Of a stretch of DNA of 64,000 bases, positions 32,501 through 44,742 are shown piece by piece. Position numbers and translations under genes: made by a program. The notes under the pieces were generated by a model. The model ran no database searches and was not told the DNA's origin. It was given only the letters and a program-made list of their open reading frames with translations. Position 1 is the stretch's first letter; each line of letters begins with the position of its first letter. The DNA is from Balanoglossus misakiensis (Eukaryota > Animalia > Hemichordata). Where the stretch lies: NCBI GenBank assembly GCA_040954595.2, contig CM082579.2, positions 15,910,550 to 15,974,549 on the forward strand, given 5' to 3'.

Positions 32501-35500
32501 CGGTGATTACGTCGGATTTCCTACGGCCTGGTTTAGCTGAAGCCCCGGCACTTTAGAGCGGAAACACGCGTACATTGACCACGTTGATCAAGTCAGATTT
32601 CCTTCGGCGTGACTCGGCTGGTGCACCGGCTCTATATGACACAGACTGGCGTAAGTTATCAACGGTGATTACGTCGGATTTCCTACGGCCTGGTTTAGCT
32701 GAAGCCCCGGCACTTTAGAGCGGAAACACGCGTACATTGACCACGATGATCAAGTCAGATCTCCTACGGCCTGGCTCGACTAAAACCCCGGCACACCATG
32801 ACAGACACTAGCGTTCGTTAGCAACGGTGATCAAGTCGGATTTCCTTCGGCCTGGCTCTGCAAAAGACCTGACACTCTAGTACAAAGACGTTGGCTAAGT
32901 CGGGCAAACCGAACAGGGAAAGTCACAGCGGTTCAACACTTGACATTTGTTCCGGTAGGACTGCATTATTGCCTGTCGATTTATAGAGAGAGCCCGAATT
33001 TAACCAGGGCGTTTCAAACACCGACGTTTGTTGGGGGCACGGCCTACAGTACTGCCGGGTAAGCTGACATCGGCGTACCGCATATAATGTAAGGGGGGGG
33101 GGGGGCAGAACGGTTCAATACTACATTTATTAGATATCAGCTAATGTTGGACAATCATCTAAAATCTAAATCATTTTTTCATATTTGGATATCTGATGAT
33201 GTATGAAATTTCCATTATATGTAAAAATGGTGCTTATTATAAAACATGCCCACTGAATGAACTGATTTAATACAAGATTGCGTTTTATTCGTTTTTGCAC
33301 CAAAAAGGTCATTTTTAGGCAAAACATTCTTTATATTTTTAATTCGGTGACCTGATCATATAAAAACAATTGCTTGTATGTTAAAAGTTTTTATGACTTT
33401 TAAAAGCAGTGACACTGGCGGCATTCAACACGAAAATAACAATTTTAGCCACAATTTGGTCAAAATGGTAAATTTTTGAAAATTACAAAAAAATACCTGT
33501 TTTCTACATTTTCGGAAATCTGATGGAGTATAGAATGCTCTTCGTATGTATATATCGATACAAATTCCACAAAAGACCGTCTAATTTGGCTCACTGCAGA
33601 CAAAATTGCGTTTTACCAAATTTTCCTTGAAAATGTCATTTTTAGAAAAAAAAATAAAAAAACCTTTGTTCTTCGAATTTGGTGCCCTGATCATATATGA
33701 CATGTGCATTGTATGTTAAAACTCTCGACCACTCCAAAAATGCAGAGATATTGACGGAATTCAAGAAAAATAGCCATTTTGGCCATATTTTGACAAAAAT
33801 GGTAAATTTTTGAAAAATCATAAAAAATTAACTCTTTTCTTCATTTTCGTAAATATTATGGAGCATGAAGTGTCGTTCTCTTGTAAAAAGTGCTGCAAAT
33901 TCCAGAAAAGGCGGTATAATTTGAATCACCCAAGACAAAATTGCAATTTTTCGACTTTTTTTCGAAAAATTGTCTTTTTTACAAAATAAATAAGAATAAA
34001 TTCTTTTCTTAGTTTCAAACGGGTAGAGATACTTTCCACACGGGTTTTCTAACATTGAATTCCCGTTCATCAACTCAGATTTCCTACAGCATAAGTCGGC
34101 TAAAACCCTGACACTCTAGAGCAGAAACAGTTGCACACTGGTAACGTTGAACAAGTCGATTTTTCTACGGCCTGGCTCGGCTAAATCTCCGTCACAATAT
34201 GACAGACACTAGCGTACGTTAGCAACGGTGATCAAGTCAGATTTTCTACGGCATGGCTTGGATAAAGCCCCGGCACTCTAGAGCAGAAACACGCGTACAG
34301 AGACCACGTTGATCAAGTCTGATCTCCTACGGCTTGGCTCGACTAAAACCCCGGCACACTATGACAGACATTAGCGTTCGTTAGCAACGTTGATCAAGTC
34401 AGATTTCCTACGGCATGGCTTGGCTAAAGCCCTGGCACTCTAGAGCAGAAACACGCGTACAGAGACCACGTTGATCTACTCACATTTCCTTCGGCCTGGC
34501 ACGGCTGATGCCCCGGCACTATATATAGGACACAAACTGGCGTAAGTTAACAACGGTAATCACGTCGGGTTTCCCACGGCCTGGCTCAGCTGAAGCCCCG
34601 GCACTCTAGAGCAGAAACAGGCGTACATTGACCACGTTGATCAAGTCAGATTTCCTACGGCGTGACTCGGCTGATGCCCCGGCACTATATATAGGACACA
34701 GACTGGCGTAAGTTAACAACGGTAATCACGTCGGGTTTCCTACGGCCTGGCTCAGCTGAAGCCCCGGCACTCTAGAGCAGAAACAGGCGTACATTGACCA
34801 CGTTGATCAAGTCAGATTTCCTACGGCGTGACTCGGCTGGTGAACCGGCTCTATATGACACAGACTGGCGTAAGTTATCAACGGTGATTACGTCGGATTT
34901 CCTACGGCCTGGTTTAGCTGAAGCCCCGGCACTTTAGAGCGGAAACACGCGTACATTGACCACGATGATCAAGGCAGATCTCCTACGGCTTGGCTCGACT
35001 AAAACCCCGGCACACCATGACAGACACTAGCGTTCGTTAGCAACGGTGATCAAGTCGGATTTCCTTCGGCCTGGCTCTGCAAAAGACCCGACACTCAAGT
35101 ACAAAGACGTTGGCTAAGTCGGGCAAACCGAAGAGGGAAAGTCACAGCGGGTCAACACTCGACATTTGTTCGGGTAGGACTGCATTATTGCCTGTCAATT
35201 TATAGAGAAAGCCCGAATTTAACAGGGCGTTACAAACACCGACGTTAGTTGGGGGCACGGCCTGCAGTACTGACGGGTAAGCTGATATCGGCGTACCGCA
35301 TATAATATAGGGGGGGGGGAAACAGAACGGTTCAATACTACATTTATTAGATATCAGCTAATTTTGGACAATCATCTAAAATCTAAATCATTTTTTCATA
35401 TTTGGATATCTGATGATGTATGAAATTTCCATTATATGTAAAAATGGTGCTGATTATAAAAAATGCACTCTGAATGAACTGATTTAATACAAAATTACGT

Positions 35501-36080
35501 TTTATTCGTTTTTGCACCTAAAAGGTCATTTTTAGGCAAAACATTCTTTATTTTTTTAATTCGGTGACCTGATCATATATAAAGAATGGCTTGTATGTTA
35601 AAGGTTTTTATGACTTTTAAAAGCAGTGACACTGGCGGCATTCAACACGAAAATAACAATTTTAGCCACAATTTGGTCAAAATGGAAAATTTTTCAAAAT
35701 TACAAAAAATACCCTTTTCTACATTTTCGGAAATCTGATGGAGTATAGAATGCTCTTCGTATGTATATATCGATACAAATTCCACAAAAGACCGTCTAAT
35801 TTGGCTCACTGCAGACAAAATTGCGTTTTACCAAATTTTCCTTGAAAATGTCATTTTTAGAAAAATAAATAAAAAAACCTTTGTTCTTCGAATTTGGTGC
35901 CCTGATCATATATGACATGTTGATTGTATGTTAAAAGTTTCGACCACTCCAAAAATGCAGAGATATTGACGGAATTCAAGAAAAAATAGCCATTTTGGCC
36001 ATATTTTGACAAAAATGGTAAAATTTAAAAAAATAATAAAAAATTAACTCTTTTCTTCATTTTCGGAAATATTATGGAGC

Positions 36081-36665
36081 ATGAAGTGTCGTTCTCTTGT
36101 AACAATGAAGCCACATATTGGACAGATCTGCCGCTCTGCCACTTTTCATTTACGTCGCATTGCGCTTATCCGCAAATATTTATCTCATTCAGCTACAGAG
36201 CAATTAGTTCATGCATTCAATACGTCTCGAATTGATTCATGTAATTCACTTTTATTTGGGCTCCCGAAGTATTCAATCAACCGTATCCAACGCGTTCAGA
36301 ATATTGCTGCTAGAATTGTAACTCGTTCTAAAATCACCTGTCACATCACTACAATTTTGTATCAGTTGCACTGGCTACCTGTTACAGAGCGTATTGTTTT
36401 TAAGATGTTAGTTCTCATTTTTAAATCCATTCATAAACTTGGTCCAATCTATCTTTCTAGCATGACTAATCTATATGTTCCATGTCGCAATTTAAGGTCA
36501 GCTGATCAGTTCAAACTCTGCCCTCTCAAGAGTTATGGTGATCGTGCTTTTACTGTTGCTGCTCCAATTCTTTGGAATAATCTTCCACTCACCATTCGCC
36601 AGGCACCAGACTTATCTGTTTTTAAATCAAATGTTAAAACTTTACTTTTTAAATCTGTTTTTTAG
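36081..36665 (+). pseudogene. LINE ORF2 C-terminal fragment; the first 7 codons come from the satellite
   Basis: 194-aa ORF whose ATGAAGTGTCGTTCTCTTGTAA start is satellite sequence. Confidence 0.85.
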
Positions 36666-36760
36666 CCATTTGTTGTATTGTACTTTTGCTTTAAGCGTCA
36701 TTGATCAAATTTTGTTTTTGTGGATACTGACGCTATACAAATAAATTATATTATTATTAT
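36103..36760 (+). mobile_element. 5'-truncated non-LTR retrotransposon, L2/CR1 group (ORF2 C-terminus, 3' UTR, (ATT)n tail)
   Basis: HIGQICRSATFHLRRI, SRIDSCNSLL, QRVQNIAARIV, LHWLPV, GDRAF..AAPILWN.LP motifs; 3' stem AGCGTCA...TGACGCT; ATT tail; TAA shared at both junctions. Confidence 0.92.
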
Positions 36761-39700
36761 TAAAAAGTGCTGCAAATTCCAGAAAAGGTGGTATAATTTG
36801 AATCACCCAAGACAAAATTACCATTTTCGCCTTTGTTTCGAAAAATTGTCTTTTTTACAAAATAAATAAGAATAAATTCTTTTCTTAGTTTCAAACGGGT
36901 AGAGATACTTTCCACACGGGTTTTCTAACATTGAATTCCCGTTCATCAACTCTGATTTCCTACAGCATAAATCGGCTAAAACCCTGACACTCTAGAGCAG
37001 AAACAGTTGCAAACTGGTAACGTTGAACAAGTCGATTTTTTACGGCCTGGCTCGGCTAAATCTCCGTCACAATATGACAGACACTAGCGTACGTTAGCAA
37101 CGGTGATCAAGTCAGATTTTCTACGGCATGGCTTGGATAAAGCCCCGGCACTCAAGAGCAGAAACACGCCTACAGAGACCACGTTGATCAAGTCTGATCT
37201 CCTACGGCTTGGCTCGACTAAAACCCCGGCACACTATGACAGACACTAGCGTTCGCTAGCAACGTTGATCAAGTCAGATTTCCTACGGCATGGCTTTGCT
37301 AAAGCCCTGACACTCTAGAGCAGAAACACGCGTACAGAGACCACGTTGATCTACTCACATTTCCTTCGGCCTGGCATGGCTGATGCCCCGGCACTATATA
37401 TAGGACACAGACTGGCGTAAGTTAACAACTGTAATCACGTCGGGTTTCCTACGGCCTGACTCAGCTGAAGCCCCGGCACTCTAGAGCAGAAACAGGCGTA
37501 CATTGACCACGTTGATCAAGTCAGATTTCCTACGGCGTGACTCGGCTGGTGCACCGGCTCTATATGACACAGACTGGCGTAAGTTATCAACGGTGATTAC
37601 GTCGGATTTCCTACGGCCTGGTTTAGCTGAAGCCCCGGCACTTTAGAGCGGAAACACGCGTACATTGACCACGATGATCAAGTCAGATCTCCTACGGCCT
37701 GGCTCGACTAAAACCCCGGCACACCATGACAGACACTAGCGTTCGTTAGCAACGGTGATCAAGTCAGATTTCCTACGGCATGGCTTGGCTAAAGCCCTGG
37801 CATTCTAGAGCAGAAACACGCGTACAGAGACCACATTGATCTACTCACATTTCCTTAGGCCTGGCACGGCTGATGCCCCGCACTATATATAGGACACAGA
37901 CTGGCGTAAGTTAACAACGGTAATCACGCCGGGTTTCCTACGGCCTGGATCAGCTGAAGCCCCTGCACTCTAGAGCAGAAACAGGCGTACATTGACCACG
38001 TTGATCAAGTCAGATTTCCTACGGCCTGGTTCGACTAAAACCCCGGCACACCATGACAGACACTAGCGTTCGCTAGCAACGGTGATCAAGTCTGATTTCC
38101 TTCGGCCTGGCTCGGCAAAAGACCCGACCCTCTAGTACAAAGACGTTGTCGTTGGCTAAGTCGGGCAAACCGAAGAGGGAAAGTCACAGCGGGTCAACAC
38201 TCGACATTTGTTCGGGTAGGACTGCATTATTGCCTGTTAATTTATAGAGAAAGCCCGAATTTAACCAGGGCGCTTCAAACACCGACGTTAGTTGGGGGCA
38301 CGGCCTGCAGTACTGCCGGGTAAGGTGACATCGGCGTACCGCATATAATGTAGGGGGGGGGGGGGAGAAACAGAACGGTTCAATACTACATTTATCAGAT
38401 ATCAGCTAATTTTGGACAATCATCTAAAATCTAAATCATCTTTTCATATTTGGATATCTGATGATGTATGAAATTTCCATTATATGTAAAAATGGTGCTG
38501 ATTATAAAAATGCACTCTGAATGAGCTGATTTAATACAAAATTGCGTTTTATTCGTTTTTGCACCAAAAAGGTCATTTTTAGGCAAAACATTCTTTATTT
38601 TTTTAATTCGGTGACCTGATCATATATAAACAATTGCTTGTATGTTAAAAGTTTTTATGACTTTTAAAAGCAGTGACACTGGCGGCATTCAACACAAAAA
38701 TAACAATTTTAGCCACAATTTGGTCAAAATGGTAAATTTTTGAAAATTACAAAAAATACCTGTTTTCTACATTTTCGGAAATCTGATGGAGTATAGAATG
38801 CTCTTCGTATGTATATATCGATACAAATTCCACAAAAGACCGTCTAATTTGGCTCACTGCAGACAAAATTGCGTTTTACCAAATTTTCCTTGAAAATGTC
38901 ATTTTTAGAAAAAAAAATAAAAAAAACCTTTGTTCTTCGAATTTGGTGCCCTGATCATATATGACATGTTGATTGTATGTTAAAACTCTCGACCACTCCA
39001 AAAATGCAGAGATATTGACGGAATTCAAGAAAAATAGCCATTTTGGCCATATTTTGACAAAAATGGTAAATTTTTGAAAAATCATAAAAAATTAACTCTT
39101 TTCTTCATTTTCGGAAATATTATGGAGCATGAAGTGTCGTTCTCTTGCAAAAAGTGCTGCAAATTGCAGAAAAGGCGGTATAATTTGAATCACCCAAGAC
39201 AAAATTACCATTTTCAACTTTTTTTCGAAAAATTGTCTTTTTTTACAAAATAAATAAGAATAAATTCTTTTCATAGTTTCAAACGGGTAGAGATACATTC
39301 CACACGGGTTTTCTAACATTGAATTCCCGTTCATCAACTCAGATTTCCTACAGCATAAGTCGGCTAAAACCCTGACACTCTAGAGCAGAAACAGTTGCAC
39401 ACTGGTAACGTTGAACAAGTCGATTTTTCTACGACCTGGCTCGGCTAAATCTCCGTCACAATATGACAGACACTAGCGTACGTTAGCAACGGTGATCAAG
39501 TCAGATTTTCTACGGCATGGCTTGGATAAAGCCCCGGCACTCTAGAGCAGAAACACGCGTACAGAGACCACGTTGATCAAGTCTGATCTCCTACGGCTTG
39601 GCTCGACTAAAACCCCGGCACACTATGACAGACACTAGCGTTCGTTAGCAACTTTGATCAAGTCATATTTCCTACGGAATGGCTTAGCTAAAGCCCTGGC

Positions 39701-40693
39701 ACTCTAGAGCAGAAACACGCGTACAGAGACCACGTTGATCTTCTCACATTTCCTTCGGCCTGGCACGGCTGATGCCCCGGCACTATATATAGGACACAGA
39801 CTGGCGTAAGTTAACAACGGTAATCACGTCGGGTTTCCTACGGCCTGGCTCAGCTGAAGCCCCGGCACTCTAGAGCAGAAACTGGCGTACATTGACCACG
39901 TTGATCAAGTCAGATTTCCTACGGCGTGACTCGGCTGGTGCACCGGCTCTATATGACACAGACTGGCGTAAGTTATCAACGGTGATTACGTCGGATTTCC
40001 TACGGCCTGGTTTAGCTGAAGCCCCGACACTTTAGAGCGGAAACACGCGTACATTGACCACGATGATCAAGTCAGATCTCCTACGGCCTGGCTCGACTAA
40101 AACCCCGGCACACCATGACAGACACTAGCGTTCGTTAGCAACGGTGATCAAGTCGGATTTCCTTCGGCCTGGCTCTGCAAAAGACCCGTCACTCTAGTAC
40201 AAAGACGTTGGCTAAGTCGGGCAAACCGAACAGGGAAAGTCACAGCGGTTCAACACTTGACATTTGTTCGGGTAGGACTGCATTATTGCCTGTCGATTTA
40301 TAGAGAGAGCCCGAATTTAACCAGGGCGTTTCAAACACCGACGTTTGTTGGGGGCACGGCCTACAGTACTGCCGGGTAAGCTGACATCGGCGTACCGCAT
40401 ATAATGTAAGGGGGGGGGGGGGGACAGAACGGTTCAATACTACATTTATTAGATATCAGCTAATTTTGGACAATCATCTAAAATCTAAATCATTTTTTCA
40501 TATTTGGATATCTGATGATGTATGAAATTTCCATTATATGTAAAAATGGTGCTTATTATAAAACATGCACTCTGAATGAACTGATTTAATACAAGATTGC
40601 GTTTTATTCGTTTTTGCACCAAAAAGGTCATTTTAGGCAAAACATTCTTTATTTTTTTAATTCGGTGACCTGATCATATATAAACAATTGCTT
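36761..40693. repeat. Macrosatellite segment 4
   Basis: Poly-G markers at ~38353 and ~40410. Confidence 0.96.
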
Positions 40694-41109
40694 TTATATC
40701 CCTGCAACAGAATAGACCTGAACTGGTCATTTTGCTCTGTTTGTGGGAGATACAAAAACACGACACAACCAGAATTGGCGAAAAATGGCCAAGAGATATT
40801 GACCCTTTATTGCAAAGTTAACAATGTGTAAAGATGATGAAAAATTCCTCGCCAGTTGCCTGCCTCAATAAAACAGCAAAAACCTCAACAAGGTAGGTAT
40901 AGGTCAAAGGTCAACTGGCGAGGAAAATTAACATAACATTAAACACTGTAAAATAGGTACATAAAGAATCTCCCACAAAGGTGTGGGCCTAAAAACGCCA
41001 TAAGCCACACCCTGGTGTGGCCGCCCCACCCAAAATGACCAGACCACCCCAGGGAAGGACCCTAAAAACACCATCCCCTGCTCTTGATAGCCATAAGCCT
41101 AAAAATTGG

Positions 41110-42033
41110 TTACCAAGATGCTGGTTGCCTAATGTACCCCTTAAAAGCATCTGACCTCCACCTGCCTAAGGCGCGTATCTGTGCATCAGACAATCCATCT
41201 TTAGCAGCTTGAGAGGCTGCTCCTATCCTAAAGCTATGTCCCTTGAACCTGTCTACCTCAAAGCCGCAAAAAGTGAGCGAACGCCTAAGCTGTGCCGTGA
41301 AATCTCCCCGTCCTATGCCTAACGGCCCTGGCATGCAGAAAAGAGGGCCAGGCTCACTCCCCCTCAAACGACTAAATTCCCACAATGCCTGAACCGGACA
41401 CAAGTCAGACCTAAGAACCTTCTGAAATTTGATAACAAACACATCGCCTGGTTTACTGTGCTTAAAATTGAATAAGGACACAGTTGCTGACTGTGGCAAA
41501 CCTGCGCTAACCTGAAACTCCAACTGGTGGAAAAGAATGGCTTTTCCAACGTCAAACCTATTCCGAACTGTGAATTCCCCAATCCTGAGGAACCCATAGA
41601 AGGCTGATAAGAACATAGCCTTAAAAAGAGAACGCTGATAAACAGATGTGACCACATTTGGAATGGCCTTAATCAGACGAAGTAGGATATCCCTAGTGAT
41701 AGGGAGACGATCATCTCGTTGATGCACCAGCTTACGGTATGACTGGACCAATTTGTGAACCAAAAAGGACTTAGTAGGGTCCTGCAAGCCTGCAAGTTTA
41801 TGAACGTAGCTAATGGCTGACAAATAGGTAGAAACAGTGGATGGGGCAAGGTGTTGCCTAGAGAGGTGACCAATAAACAATGTGACCGAGGATTCTGACA
41901 GCGGCAGAGATGGACAATGCACCCCTAACTGGCTACCCATGAACTGTGTAAGAACTCTCCAAGCACGCTGATAGGTTGACCTGGAAGAACTGTGAAGAGC
42001 CTGCTGCAGAAGTCTGCCTACTTCCATGTCCAA
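41110..42033 (-). CDS. Tyrosine recombinase
   Basis: 307 aa; SAM-like N-terminus (TVSTYLSAISYVH), FLRIGEF (R), HSK (K), HSFRIGAA (HxxR), LGRW (W), FKGYIR (Y). Confidence 0.95.
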   Translation of the reverse strand: MDMEVGRLLQQALHSSSRSTYQRAWRVLTQFMGSQLGVHCPSLPLSESSVTLFIGHLSRQHLAPSTVSTYLSAISYVHKLAGLQDPTKSFLVHKLVQSYRKLVHQRDDRLPITRDILLRLIKAIPNVVTSVYQRSLFKAMFLSAFYGFLRIGEFTVRNRFDVGKAILFHQLEFQVSAGLPQSATVSLFNFKHSKPGDVFVIKFQKVLRSDLCPVQALWEFSRLRGSEPGPLFCMPGPLGIGRGDFTAQLRRSLTFCGFEVDRFKGHSFRIGAASQAAKDGLSDAQIRALGRWRSDAFKGYIRQPASW

Positions 42034-43727
42034 TGTATAGGTAGCAACTGAGACGGCACTGGAGTCGGATAGGTATCCATGCCCCGAGATGCAGACTTGA
42101 ACTGGCCTACCTGCAAGCGGGAAAGACAGTCTGCCAAAATGTTATGCTTACCAGGAATATGTTTAGCTCGGAAAAGAATGTTGTACTGAAGGCTAGTGAG
42201 CACAATCCGTCGAACCAAAATCATAAGGTCCCTGTCCTTCGCTGTTTGTTTATTCAAGACTGACACCAAGGCCTCATTATCAGTGTAGAACATCACACGT
42301 TTGTTACATAGCTTTTGTCCCCAAACCTCTAACGCCAGCATGATAGGGAATAACTCCAGGACTGCGATATTAATTGCATGCCAACTAGTAGGCCACTCTC
42401 CAAAGAACCAGTGAGAACCAAAAATGCCACCATACCCAAGAGACCCAGCTGCATCTGTGAACAAACGAAGTGAGTCGGATGAATGCCACCGATCCTCCAT
42501 AAAAAACGACTTCCCGTTGTAATGGTCTAGGAACTGTTTCCACACTAGGAGGTCTGCTTTAACCTCTCTGGTCAGACGTAAAAAGAAGTGCGACTTCTTG
42601 ACCCCTTTCGTTAAATCGATCAACCTACGTAAAAATGCCCGTCCTGGGAGCACCACCAAACAAGCAAAATTTAAGGTCCCAACCAATGACTGAATTTCCT
42701 GTAGCCTAACCTTTCTTCTTGACAAAAAGGAATTGATCAAATTGCGGCACCGTAACAATTTATCCTCTGGGAGCCTAGATTCTCCTAATACAGTGTCTAA
42801 TTCGATACCTGCGAAAACCAAAGTAGTACTGGGCCCCATGGTCTTATCCTGAGCAATAGGAACCCCCAGCTCTGCACAAAAACTTAGGAATGTCTGTAGA
42901 TCCGCTGAACACCGTTCTTTGTTACTAGCCAGAAAAAGGAAATCGTCTAGAATGTGAATAACCGCCTCCACGCCTGCAACCTGATGAGAAATCCACTCTA
43001 ATGCAGTACTAAACTGTTCAAAAATGCGACAGGACGACGAACACCCCATAGGCAGACATCTATCAAAGAAGAAACACCCATCCCATTTGAAACCCAACAA
43101 GCAATGATCCTGAGGTGCCACTGGTATGATTCTAAATGCTGACTTGATGTCAGTCTTAGCCAAAAAACATCCTGGGCCCAACCTCAAAATGATCCGAACT
43201 GCATCATCAATGGTGGCATACTGAACAGTTGCCAACTCAGGAGGAATACCGTCATTAACTGATGACCCCGGAGGAAAAGAAAGGTGATGAATAAACCGAA
43301 ACTTACCGGCCTGTTTTTTGGGAACAAGACCCAATGGGGAAATGTGGAAGTTGGGAAAAGGTGGTGAACGAAAGGGCCCTGCGACCCTGCCTGCATGTAC
43401 CTCAGAAGTAAGCATGGCCCTAACTGCTTCAGGATTGTCAAGTGCAGACTTCAAATTAGGGGATGACCCCCCGCCCCTATGACCACAGTAATTTATTGAA
43501 AAACCATGTGAAAAACCTGCCAACAAATAAGCCGCCTTGCCCTTGTCGTAGCCGTGTAGAAACTGCCTAAGAACTTGAACCTTTACTGGTGACACTATTA
43601 TTGGCAACGGAGGGCTGTTTGGACACCACGGAAGCTCTGGGAGCGTGGTAGGGACCTCCTCCTTTTCCAGAGTGAAAGGGCTGATGGACTCCTTCCCCAC
43701 TGCTGAGACTAGATGAGCTTTTGACAC
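42018..43727 (-). CDS. Reverse transcriptase / RNase H (Ngaro-type)
   Basis: ISPLGLVPKK, KFRFIHHLS, KTDIKSAFR, LPMG, HILDDF, FTDAAG, IAVLELF, TDN, NILADCLSR; overlaps gag and YR. Confidence 0.95.
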   Translation of the reverse strand: MSKAHLVSAVGKESISPFTLEKEEVPTTLPELPWCPNSPPLPIIVSPVKVQVLRQFLHGYDKGKAAYLLAGFSHGFSINYCGHRGGGSSPNLKSALDNPEAVRAMLTSEVHAGRVAGPFRSPPFPNFHISPLGLVPKKQAGKFRFIHHLSFPPGSSVNDGIPPELATVQYATIDDAVRIILRLGPGCFLAKTDIKSAFRIIPVAPQDHCLLGFKWDGCFFFDRCLPMGCSSSCRIFEQFSTALEWISHQVAGVEAVIHILDDFLFLASNKERCSADLQTFLSFCAELGVPIAQDKTMGPSTTLVFAGIELDTVLGESRLPEDKLLRCRNLINSFLSRRKVRLQEIQSLVGTLNFACLVVLPGRAFLRRLIDLTKGVKKSHFFLRLTREVKADLLVWKQFLDHYNGKSFFMEDRWHSSDSLRLFTDAAGSLGYGGIFGSHWFFGEWPTSWHAINIAVLELFPIMLALEVWGQKLCNKRVMFYTDNEALVSVLNKQTAKDRDLMILVRRIVLTSLQYNILFRAKHIPGKHNILADCLSRLQVGQFKSASRGMDTYPTPVPSQLLPIHWTWK

Positions 43728-44742
43728 TACACATGGAAATGGGATGGTTTGCCCCGCACTTAAAGCACTTGTGGTCGAAGCGACATCCAGGGCAGAACTT
43801 TCCCGAGTGAAAACGCCAACAAACCCCTTTCGGAAAGGACGTACTGGAGAAACCCGAAAAGGAACTGTTACTGCTAGACATGGGGGCAGTCCGATCAGAA
43901 GACCAATTCTTAACCCTATGTATGGCCTGTAACCACAACTCCCAGTGAATCTGGTCCCAAGGAACAGGAGTCGACTGCTTCATAAAGCGAAACTGCTCAT
44001 CGTAAAACTTCCAGCCCGCTTTTTTGGCAGCTAGATCCCGCACCACTTCCCCATACTTCAAAAGGCCTGCAATGTCTTCAGGCTTTCTCAATGTGTATAC
44101 AGCTACAAAGATGTTAAAAGCTGAAATCCACTGCTCAATGTAAGTAATTTTCTTAGCACTAGCAACGGGCTCTAGACATAGCTGAGGCCTACCAACACTA
44201 TCAGATAAAGCGACGGTGTATTTACCATCACGCAGGGAGGGATTGATGAGCAAAGACGCGAAATCGATGTAATCACCTGCCCAGATTTTAGCCTTAACCT
44301 TATCCGACACCCTTGTAACCAAGGGCATGGATTGGCTTGCAAACAGTGTGGTAGGTTGACGCTCTGTCTCAGACCCCTGAATAGTAGGTGTTAGATTAAC
44401 CTGACATGCAGGTTCATCCTGGACCTGACCTTGTGGTAACGAATCAACTTGCACCTCTGGACCAGTAATGTCATGGATGACTTGATTGGCGACTGATGAA
44501 GATGCGGTGGCTGTCGCTGTAGGTGGGCTTGCAGCGGGAAAAAGGCCGGCTTCTTTAAGACTCTTGACGACTGCCTGAGATATTGAGGTAGCTAACGCAT
44601 CTGGGTCGATGGTTGAACTTGCGGCCGGCTGTTCTCCCTGTTGTGAACCTGCCTGGGTTGGTACCTCAGCACTTGATGACGTGGCCTTGCGCTTAGGCAA
44701 AATTGTCTTGCCCTTCGAAGTAGCTTTCCGCTTCGATGGCAT
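43567..44742 (-). CDS. Gag-like ORF1 with C-terminal Cys/His fingers (likely start MPSKRK at 44742; ORF track starts 44772)
   Basis: KIWAGDYIDFASLL, WKFYDEQFR, CWRFH..C..C..H and CFKCGANH..C motifs typical of YR-retrotransposon ORF1. Confidence 0.88.
   Translation of the reverse strand: MPSKRKATSKGKTILPKRKATSSSAEVPTQAGSQQGEQPAASSTIDPDALATSISQAVVKSLKEAGLFPAASPPTATATASSSVANQVIHDITGPEVQVDSLPQGQVQDEPACQVNLTPTIQGSETERQPTTLFASQSMPLVTRVSDKVKAKIWAGDYIDFASLLINPSLRDGKYTVALSDSVGRPQLCLEPVASAKKITYIEQWISAFNIFVAVYTLRKPEDIAGLLKYGEVVRDLAAKKAGWKFYDEQFRFMKQSTPVPWDQIHWELWLQAIHRVKNWSSDRTAPMSSSNSSFSGFSSTSFPKGVCWRFHSGKFCPGCRFDHKCFKCGANHPISMCSVKSSSSLSSGEGVHQPFHSGKGGGPYHAPRASVVSKQPSVANNSVTSKGSSS

Larger units (their letters stand above)
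17729..36102. repeat. Macrosatellite segment 3 (about 8.5 monomers of ~2.05-2.53 kb)
   Basis: Poly-G markers at ~20137, 22671, 24724, 26781, 28828, 31027, 33093, 35310. Confidence 0.97.

Noticed and set aside
41110-42033. Phage integrase / prophage or bacterial contamination
   Set aside because: The recombinase overlaps a DIRS-order RT/RNase H and gag, and sits inside a eukaryotic satellite.
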